A DNA stretch of 64,000 nucleotides. Origin: Planctomycetota bacterium. GTDB taxonomy: Bacteria; Planctomycetota; UBA8108; SXIK01. Shown one piece after another: positions 47,013 to 56,100 of the stretch. The notes beneath the pieces are model-generated. The model did no database searches. It was not told the DNA's origin and worked only from the letters and a program-made list of their open reading frames with translations. A program made the translations under genes and the position numbers. The DNA lies in the NCBI GenBank assembly GCA_965223265.1, contig OZ244999.1:8352001-8416000 (forward strand). Reading direction: 5' to 3'. Each line of letters starts with the position of its first letter. Position 1 is the stretch's first letter.

Positions 47013-49790
47013 ATGACGCGCGAAGAATCATTGAGCGACCAAGCGCCCGCGCCGCCGCCACAGGACGGCTCGCAGCACACCGAGACTCTGACTCTCGACG
47101 GCCGTGAGGTAGCGTTTAAACCCGGTGAGACGCTCTACGAAGTTGCCGCTCGACATCGGATCGACGTGCCAACGCTCTGCTACGATCGGCGCCTCGAACC
47201 GTTCGGTGCCTGTAGACTCTGTGTCGTCGAGGTCGAGGGGGTTCAGAACCCAGTAGCCTCGTGTACGGTTCAAGCGACTGCCGCGATGGTAGTGAAAACA
47301 CAGACCGCGCAGCTCGAGAAACATCGCAAGGTTCTTCTCGAGCTCGTCGCCTCAGAGAATGAATGTGTCGACGTCGACCCCCTCAGCGGTTACGCGTCGC
47401 AGGAGCTTGCGAGCCTTGTCGATCGCTACGGTGCGCGTACGGGGAGGTTCGCTGGTCGTCGTTCGGGCCGCAGTCGCGACGACGATGACAATCCGTTCAT
47501 CCGACGTCACTACGACAACTGCATCTCCTGCTACCGCTGCGTTCGCGTCTGTGCCGAGCAGGAGGGCGACTTCGCGATCACTGTGAGCGGACGTGGTTTC
47601 GAGACCTCCATCACAGCGGAGTTCGACGCGCTCTTGAAGGATTCCTCCTGCACGTTTTGCGGCCAGTGTGTGCAGACCTGCCCGACCGGAGCGCTTGCCG
47701 ATCTGAAAAGCCTCAGATCGACCGACGTCCCGGGGGCGACGCAAACGACGCGTACGGTATGCCCCTACTGCGGGGTCGGTTGTTCCGTCGACCTCATGAC
47801 GCGAGGCGATCGAGTCGTCGGGGTTCTGCCAGCTATGGATGGACCTGCGAACCTTGGCGCGCTCTGCGTCAAGGGACAGTTTGCCTTTGATTTCGTGCAG
47901 CATCCTGATCGCTTGACGACGCCCCTGGTGCGCGGGACTGACGGGAATTTGCGCGCTGCTTCGTGGGATGAGGCTCTCGACTGTGCGGTGAACGGCTTTC
48001 AGCAATCCGTCTCGACTCACGGCCGCGAAAGCGTTTATGCGATCGCCTCCGGGCGGGCTCCGAGTGAGGGTGCCTACACGATCCAGAAGTGGATCCGTTC
48101 TTCCTTTGGTACCAACTACGTCGACAACTGCAGTCGCGCCTGACACGCCCCGACGGTTGCCGGTCTGGCAGCTACGATCGGCCGCGGAGCGATGTCGAAT
48201 CCTCTCGCGGACATGGAGAAGCCCGATGTGATTTTTTGCATCGGGACCAACATGACAGAATGCCACCCGGTCGCCGCCGCGCGATTGAAGCGAGCGCTGG
48301 CGCGCGGGGCGAAACTGATCGTAGCTGATCCTCGACGCATCCGTCTTGCGGAGCTGGCCGATCTCTATCTGCCGATCCGAGTCGGCAGTGACGTCGCGCT
48401 TCTGGCGGCAATGGCTCACGTGATCGTTCGCGATGGACTCGTCGACGAGCAGTTCGTCGCCGACCGCACGCGCGGCGCGGCCGAGTTTTTGACGCATGTT
48501 GAGTCATTGACTCCGGAGTGGGCCGAGTCGATCACCGGCGTTGATGCCAGAGACATTGAAACTGCAGCGCGTTGGTACGGCGACGGGGAGCGGTCGGGCA
48601 TCTACTACACGCTCGGAGTCACGGAGCACATCTGCGGCGTCGACAACGTGCGGAGTCTCTGCAACCTAGCGCTCCTGACCGGCAATCTCGGCAAGGAGGG
48701 ATGCGGTGTCAATCCAATGCGTGGTCAGAACAACATTCAAGGCGCCGGCGACAGCGGCGCGCTGCCGAACAACTACCCCGGTTTTCAAGCTGTCACCGAG
48801 CCGGAGAACCAAGCCAAGTTCAGCGCCGCGTATGGACGCGAGATCGATCTCGAGAAGGGGGTCACCAAGGTCACCGCACTGGATCTGTGTGGCGACCGAA
48901 TCCACGCTATGTTGATCGCCGGTGAGAATACGGTCGTCAGTGATCCCGATCGCAATCATTGCCAGAAGGCGCTCGAGCGCCTAGACCATCTCGTCGTGAT
49001 GGACATTTTCTTGACGGAGACGGCAGCACTGGCCGACGTCGTGCTGCCGGCAGCAGCATGGGCGGAAACCGACGGCGTATGCGTCAACACAGAGCGCCGC
49101 GTTCAGCGCCTCCGCCAGGCAGTGCCGCCTCCGGGCGAGGCTCGACCCGATTGGTGGATCGTGTCCGAGATGGCCCGGCGTATGGGAACGCCAGGGTTCG
49201 ATTTTGCTTCGGCGAAGGATGTGTTCAACGAGCTCTGCAACTTGTCTCCGATCTACGCCGGGCTCGATTGGGACCGCATCGAGAACAGCGAGTTCCAGTG
49301 GCCCGTGCCCGAGAAGGGGCATCCGGGAACGCCGATCCTTCACCAGGGGGAGTTTCTGAACGGGCGCGGCAGCTTCTCGGTTGTGAACTACCGTGACCCG
49401 GCAGAAACCATCGACGAAGAGTATCCCGTGTGGCTAACAACCGGCCGCCGGCTCGAGTCGTACCACACGCGTACGCAGACGGGGCGAGCTGCCGGTATGG
49501 ATTACCTGTTGAGCGAGGAGCACCTCGAAGTGCATCCGAGCGACGTTGAGGCGTGGGGACTGAGCGACGGCGAGTGGTGTCGTCTTTCGAGCCGTCGCGG
49601 TGCCGTCGACATAAGAGTCCAAGCGACGCCGCGTTCGCCGCGCGGGACGGTCTTTGCGAGCTTCAGCTTCAACGACGTGCCGGTGAACGTGCTGACCGGA
49701 TCTGGGTATGACCCGATCACCGAGACCGCAGAGCTCAAGGTGTGCCCGGTGCGCGTCGAGCCTCTGTCCACAACGTCGGTAGAGAGATGA
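47013..49790 (+). CDS. fdhF: Formate dehydrogenase alpha subunit, selenocysteine-containing (one ORF read through UGA 48141-48143)
   Basis: N-terminal 2Fe-2S and 4Fe-4S motifs; CPYCGVGC; VDNCSRA-U-HAPTVAGL in frame with the downstream 532-aa ORF; PMRGQNNIQG; LTTGRR. Confidence 0.92.
48156..48172 (+). promoter_or_regulatory. Bacterial SECIS element
   Basis: GTTGCC-GGTCT-GGCAGC hairpin 12 nt after the in-frame TGA, closely resembling the E. coli fdhF SECIS. Confidence 0.8.
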
Positions 49791-49838
49791 CGGAATCCGA
49801 TGGTCGCCGCGCAGCGAACCATGTGCGCGGAGGCGGAG

Positions 49839-49979
49839 GCAAACACTCGCACTCCCACGCACTCGCACTCGCAAACTCCCACCCTCACTCCCACGCGCAC
49901 GCGCACGCGCACGCGCACGCGCACGCCCACGCAAACGCAAACGCAAACGCAAACGCAAACGCAAACGCAAACGCAAACG
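49839..49979. repeat. Compound hexamer microsatellite (ACTCSC)n-(ACGCGC)5-(ACGCAA)8
   Basis: Directly visible between fdhF and the next gene; bracketed by CGGAGGCGG at 49828 and 49978. Confidence 0.92.
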
Positions 49980-50052
49980 GAGGCGGCGACGCAGCCGCTA
50001 CAACCACTCTTCGCCGTTTCGCAGACGTTGGGGTCTAGAGACTGACACGATC

Positions 50053-51069
50053 ATGACAAAGCTTCTCGTCGAGCTGCCGGTCGACGACCGAGCTAGCCAA
50101 GAGTTACTGCAGCGATCGGATCTCGACATCGAGCGCGTCGAACCGGTCTACGAAGTGCGATCGCTGCCGCGAGATCGCATCGAGGACGTCGATGTCCTGT
50201 GCTGCGTCTATCCGCCAGCGAACCTCGAAGACATGCGGCGACTGAAATGGATTCAGCTCGCGACCGCCGGGTACGAACAACTTTACTCGCTTTCTTTAGC
50301 CGAGCGTGGCATCCGTGCCAGCAACGCGCGCGGAGTTTTTGACGTTCCGATTGCGGAATGGAACATCGCCATGATGGTGAACCTGAAACGTAATTTGCGT
50401 CAAATGATCCGTCATCAAGATGCCAGACGTTGGGAGATCGCCGACGAGTTCCAAAAGGGGATTCATGGCGAAACGGTTGGGCTGTGGGGATACGGCGGCA
50501 TCGGCCGCGAGACGGCGCGCTTGGCGCGTGCGATGGGGATGCGTGTGCACGTTCTGTCGCGCCGCCGCGGGCCTGTTGCCCGGCAGCAAGATGTCTACAC
50601 CGCTCCAGGTACAGGCGATCCGAAAGGTGAATTACCACACCGCTATTTTCAGTCAGGGGAAGAACGTGAATTTCTCGCGGGGCTCGATTTTTTGGTTTTG
50701 GCGATGCCGCTGACGCGAAGTACCGAGGGGATCGTCACGGCGGAGCATCTTCGCGCGCTCCCACGGCACGCGTTCGTTCTCAACCCGGCGCGCGGACGGC
50801 TCATCCAGGAAGCGGCGTTGATCGAGTCGCTCGAGAAGAGTTGGATCGCCGGTGCTGCGATCGATACCCACTACGCCTACCCGTTGCCAGCGGAACATCC
50901 GCTTTGGGCGTTTCCGAACGTGATCCTCACGCCGCACGTTTCTGGTTCGCCTGCAAACCAGCAGTTCGGGGAGCGCATGTGGGGGATTCTGACGGAGAAC
51001 GTTCGGCGCTTTCTGGCCGGCGAGACGCTTTTGAATGAGCTGACCGCAGAGCAGCTCGGCGGCGCTTGA
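50053..51069 (+). CDS. D-isomer-specific 2-hydroxyacid dehydrogenase
   Basis: GLWGYGGIG; AMPLTRST.G; LNPARG; LTPHVSG. Confidence 0.92.
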   Translation: MTKLLVELPVDDRASQELLQRSDLDIERVEPVYEVRSLPRDRIEDVDVLCCVYPPANLEDMRRLKWIQLATAGYEQLYSLSLAERGIRASNARGVFDVPIAEWNIAMMVNLKRNLRQMIRHQDARRWEIADEFQKGIHGETVGLWGYGGIGRETARLARAMGMRVHVLSRRRGPVARQQDVYTAPGTGDPKGELPHRYFQSGEEREFLAGLDFLVLAMPLTRSTEGIVTAEHLRALPRHAFVLNPARGRLIQEAALIESLEKSWIAGAAIDTHYAYPLPAEHPLWAFPNVILTPHVSGSPANQQFGERMWGILTENVRRFLAGETLLNELTAEQLGGA

Positions 51070-51103
51070 GGTAAGCGTGGTCTCAGCGCCAACGCATGGC
51101 GAG

Positions 51104-51877
51104 CTATTTCGCCGTGTAGCCGCCGTCGACCATGAGGCATTCACCCGTGATGAAGGAGGCCTCAGACGACGCCAAGAAGAGAACGGCGTTGGCGATTTCG
51201 CGCGGCGTTGCCAAACGCTCAATCATGTGGGCGCCGCCGAAGTCTGGGTGAGTTTCAGCCTCCTCTCGGGTGAGTCCCATCTCCTGCGCCATGCGTTCAA
51301 CAATCGGGGTCCAAACAGTGCCAGGGCAGACGGCGTTGACGCGGATGCCGTCGGCCGCAAGGTCGAGCGCCAGGCAGCGCGTCATGTTGGCGACCGCAGC
51401 CTTCGACGTGTTGTACGGCACAAAGTCGGGCTGAGCGATAAAGCTTGAGATCGAGCCAAGGTTGACGATCGCGCCACCGCCGCGGCGCCGCATCGGCTTC
51501 GCCGCATGCTTAGCCATAAGTGCTGCGCCCAAAACATTGACGCGTAGGATTCCCTGCCAATCGTCGACAGTCGCGTCGTCGATGTTCTTCAGCACGAAGA
51601 TAGCCGCATTGTTGACGAGTACGTCGAGGCCACCAAACTCGTCAACCGCAGTTGCCACAGCCTGCTTGGCGCTTGCCTCGTCTCCCACGTCCGTGTCGAC
51701 GAACAAAGCGCGCCCACCGCGCTCCTGTATTTCACGGGCGGCCGCTTTCCCCGTCTGTTCGTTCATCTCCGCGACCACGACAGCTGCCCCCTCCTCGGCG
51801 AGCCGATCGCAAATCGCCTTGCCAATCCCTTGGCCGCCGCCTGTGACGATGGCGACTTTGCTTTCCATGCGACTCAT
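51104..51877 (-). CDS. Short-chain dehydrogenase/reductase
   Basis: TGGGQGIG; LVNNA; YNTSK; VNAVCPG; VDGG. Confidence 0.95.
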   Translation of the reverse strand: MSRMESKVAIVTGGGQGIGKAICDRLAEEGAAVVVAEMNEQTGKAAAREIQERGGRALFVDTDVGDEASAKQAVATAVDEFGGLDVLVNNAAIFVLKNIDDATVDDWQGILRVNVLGAALMAKHAAKPMRRRGGGAIVNLGSISSFIAQPDFVPYNTSKAAVANMTRCLALDLAADGIRVNAVCPGTVWTPIVERMAQEMGLTREEAETHPDFGGAHMIERLATPREIANAVLFLASSEASFITGECLMVDGGYTAK

Positions 51878-52055
51878 CGATTCAAACTCCGGCGAGATGC
51901 CTCATTCTATCGGTCGGGTAACCTCTGTCAAGGAACCCGGCCGATCGGTGCGATTCATCGAGGCGTTTGTTTTTGCCTTTCCAGAGGAATCAGCGACGAT
52001 GCGACGCGTTGATCTAAAAACTCGCTTCGACAAGTTGGAATGTGGAGATCGAATC

Positions 52056-52955
52056 ATGAAGATCGTCGTTTCGGGTTCAACCGGACTCGTTGGCGAACCA
52101 CTGTGCGCACGACTGCGAGAGCACGGCCACGGGGTGCGGCGACTCGTGCGCCGTGCGGCGCAGGCCGCGGATGAAATCGCATGGAATCCAGCGGCCGGTG
52201 AACTGGACCGAGCGTCGCTCGAGGGGGCGGAGGCGGTTGTCCATCTTGGCGGCGAAAACATTGCGGCGCGGCGCTGGACCCCAGCGCAGAAAGAGAAGAT
52301 CCGTGCCAGTCGTGTCGATTCGACGGCGCTCCTCAGCCGCGAGATCGCAGCGCTGGCGGCTCCTCCGCGTGTCTTCGTCGTCGCCTCTGCGATCGGCGTT
52401 TACGGCGATCGCGGCGAGAGCGTGCTCACGGAAGAGAGCGAGGCCGGCGAAGGCTTTCTCGCCGAGGTGTGTTCGGCATGGGAGTCCGCGGCGGCGCCGG
52501 CCGCGGAGGCCGGGGTGCGTGTTGTCCACTTGCGCTATGGCGTCATCTTGAGTCCGCGCGGCGGCGCGCTGCGCAAGATGCTGACGCCGTTCAAGCTCGG
52601 CGTCGGCGGGGTGCTTGGCAGTGGCAAGCAGTACATGAGTTGGATCACTCTCGACGATGCCGTGCGCGCGACCGCCCACGCGGTCGAGTGCGGCACGCTG
52701 AGCGGCGCCGTCAACTGCGTCGCCCCGAACGCCGTCACCAACGCCGAGTTCACGCGTGCAATGGCGGCGGTGCTTCACCGCCCTGCGGTTTTGCCGATGC
52801 CGGGATTCGCGGCCCGCCTAGCGTTCGGCGAGATGGCGGACGAGCTTCTCCTCGCCAGTACGCGCGTGCAGCCCACAAAGCTCGCTGCATCCGGTTTTGC
52901 GTTTCTTCACGCCGAGCTGCAGTCGGCGCTGGGTTATCTTTTGCGGTCGAAGTAG
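52056..52955 (+). CDS. TIGR01777-type NAD-dependent epimerase family protein
   Basis: MKIVVSGSTGLVG; HLGGENIA..RW; FLAEVC.AWE; GSGKQYMSWI; FGEMA; start reset to ATG 52056. Confidence 0.92.
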   Translation: MKIVVSGSTGLVGEPLCARLREHGHGVRRLVRRAAQAADEIAWNPAAGELDRASLEGAEAVVHLGGENIAARRWTPAQKEKIRASRVDSTALLSREIAALAAPPRVFVVASAIGVYGDRGESVLTEESEAGEGFLAEVCSAWESAAAPAAEAGVRVVHLRYGVILSPRGGALRKMLTPFKLGVGGVLGSGKQYMSWITLDDAVRATAHAVECGTLSGAVNCVAPNAVTNAEFTRAMAAVLHRPAVLPMPGFAARLAFGEMADELLLASTRVQPTKLAASGFAFLHAELQSALGYLLRSK

Positions 52956-53169
52956 CGCCGCCGCGTTACCGACCCTAAGATGGTGGCGACGACCCTTTGG
53001 CGTGAGGCAGGATTCGCAACGCTGCAGTTGATTTGTTCGGTCGTGGAAGTGCGCCCCGCAGCTTCGATGCCCACGTGTTCGATGCCGACATGTTCGATGT
53101 CGCCGTGAACGTCTCTGCCGATCCGCCGTTGGCAGAGCTCTGCAGCGAGCTTTTCGAGGTCTCGAAACC

Positions 53170-56100
53170 ATGAACGCGATTCGCGCCGATCGTCACCGTG
53201 CGTCTTGCTTCTCCTCCCTTACGCTCCTCGTCAGTGTCGCCGCGTTCGTCTTTTGCTGCATAGCCAAAGCAGAGGATTCTTCGGCTGACTACGCTGATCT
53301 CATGCGGCGCGCGGAGACCCTCTACGCCGAGGGCTCCTACGCTCGAGCGCGCGACCTGTACCTCGAGACGGCGGGTGCGTTCGAGCTTGCGGGCGCGGCA
53401 CGGCGCTGGGTGGAGTTTCGCGTCCTGGATTGCCAGTGGCGCTCGCTCGCAGGCACCGAACGTCGCGACACGACGCGAAGCGAACATCCCCGCTCAGAGC
53501 TCGCCGTCCTCGCCGGCGCGGCAAAGCGTACAGAGGACCGCGATCGGATCTGGGCGGAGATTCAGGAGTCTCTCGGCGATTACCACCGCCAGCCCCAGTT
53601 GCACGATTGGCAACAGGCATGGGGCCACTACGCTAAGGCCCTCGAGTGGTGGGCGGGTTCGTCAGACCTCGACGCGGCGCGTCAGCGTTATCTCAAGATC
53701 GTGTTCGATGCGGCGTCAGACGATGGGTATCGTTTCGAGGCCGACAAGAAGGCGCGAAGCGAGCTGCTTGCTGCACTCGAGAATGCCGCGCAGATTGCCG
53801 TGACGCCGGCGGAACGTGCCACCGCGCGCTTTCGTCTGGCCACCGTCTTGAAGTCCGAGGAAGAAGACTCTGACGAGGAGGAAGACGTTGAAGATGGCAG
53901 ATGGGCTCAGGCTGAAGAGGCTGACGACCGCTTTCAGAGAATCCGCCGCGTGGCTCGGGAATTCGAAGCAGTGCTCGCCGAGAAATTCGCCAGCGAGTGG
54001 TACGACGACGCGCTCTTTTTGTACGCCGAGTGGCTGAGCGATCAGGGCGACGTTGTCCGAGACGACGAGGGCTCGTGGAGCATTGTGCCAAATCACAAGA
54101 AGGCCTTGTCACTGCTTCGACGGCTTCGTGCTGAGTACGACAAGGGCGAGACGCGATTCTACTATCGAGCCCGAAACCTGATTGAACGAATCGCGAAACC
54201 GTCGCTTTCGGTTTCCGTGGCGAGCTTTTTCTTGCCCGACTCCGAGATTCAGTATCACGTCAGATCGCGCAATCTCGACGCCATCTCGTTCGCGCTTTAC
54301 AGCGTCGATCTGACCGCTGATGTGCCGGCCCACTCGCAGCAGGGTTATTGGCTGAGTCGTATTGAGCTTGCCCGGCGTCAGGCGGTCGCTGAATGGAGTG
54401 AGACCACCGGCGATCAAGGCGATCATAGAGTCCTTCGCCTCTCCTTTCGGCTCAAGACGAAATTGAAACCGGGTGCCTACGTTCTCGAGGCCACTGCAGG
54501 CGGGATTCAGGGACGCGAGTTGTTGCTGGTGTCCGATGCCAGTCTCGTTGTTAAGACATCGCCGAGCGGCGTGCTCGCCTACTTCTGCGACGTGATCACA
54601 GGAGCGCCGATCGCGGGCGCCAAGGTGACGCTGCTCGCGGCGCACCCCAAGACGCCAAGGATTTGGGAATCGAGCGCTCGTGCGACGAACAGTGACGGCA
54701 TCGCGACCTTTGCGGTCACGTCGACGCCGCGCAGGTACCGTTTCTTTGCGGCTCGTCACGGCTCTCGCCAGGCTTTTGTCCGGCTTCACGACTCGGAGCT
54801 CGGCGCGCTACCAGCGCGCTGGAAGATCTACGCCTACGCCGATCGCCCCGCGTACCGGCCCGGGGAGACGGTCGAGTGGAAGATGATCGCCCGTCTTGAG
54901 AAGGACGGCCAGCTATCGACCCCCAGCGGCAAGGAAGTCGCCTACGAAATCAGAGGTCCGAGCGGCAATCAGATCTTCGCGGGTTCGTGCAAGTTGAACA
55001 GCTTTGGGAGCTACTGGGACCGGCTCGAGCTCACCGAGCCGATGCAACTCGGTGAGTATCGCATCATGTTTCGCGACGGGAGAAACAAACGACGGCGGTT
55101 CGGTGGCGCGACGCTGTTTCGTCTCGAGGAGTACAAACTCCCGGAGTTCAAGGTCGCCGTCACGACGCCGGAGGAGAACGGCCGGCGAAAAGTCTTTCAG
55201 CTCGGCGACGAGATCGACGTGAAGGTCGCGGCGGACTACTACTTTGGCGGCCCGGTGGCCGGAGCGGACGTTGAAGTGGTCATCTACCAGCGTCCACTCG
55301 AGACTTCGTGGCAACCACAGCGGGAATTTGACTGGTACTACGCTCCGGCACCACGGTGGCGCGACTGGGGCGGGACCGCCAACGCTATCGAACGCCGGCG
55401 CATGAAGACCGACGCGACCGGGCGCGCGGTCGTCAAGTTCCGGACGCGGCGAAGCGGCGATCACGATTTCGAGTATCAGTTGGAGGCCCGCGTCGTTGAC
55501 GCGTCGCGCCGAGAGATCATTGGGAGTACCTCACTGCGCGTTGCCCGGCATCCCTATAGCGTCCACCTTCGGCCCGAGCATTCGCTCTACCGCCCGCAGG
55601 ATAAGGTGTCTGTCGTGATCGCGACGCGCGCCGCGGAAGGCAGCGCGGTTTCGGCCTCCGGCCGGCTCCGTGTGATGCGCGAGGGCAACGTGACACGAGA
55701 GAACAACGGCGAGTCCAGGGGAGACCGCAAGGAACGCTCGCCGTCCGGGGCGCATGGCACGGAGTCGCGTGCACTTGGTGTCGTGCCGCGCCAGGTCATT
55801 TTGGAAACAAGTGTGACGACCGACGCCAGCGGCGAAGCGACCGTCACCTTCGTTGCACCGCGGGACGGGTATTACCGCATCGCGTGGCGGAGCTTTGACG
55901 ATCGTTCTGGACCCATTGAGAGTGAGGCGACGGTCTGGGTCGCAACCGAGTCGACGCGGAACCTCGGCCACCGCGCCGGCGGAGTGAACATCGTTCTCGA
56001 CGCGGATTCCTATCGCACCGGAGACACCGTGCCCGTCATCCTGAGCGTCGAGCGACCGAACAGTTACGTCCTCTTTCGCGTCGAAGCCGATGACCTCTAC

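Noticed and set aside
47013-48143. Formate dehydrogenase as a split gene or pseudogene
   Set aside because: The in-frame UGA at the catalytic position plus a SECIS hairpin is better explained by selenocysteine.
53062-53103. Three TTCGATGY units at 15-bp period upstream of the A2M gene
   Set aside because: Too short and degenerate to support an operator or iteron call.
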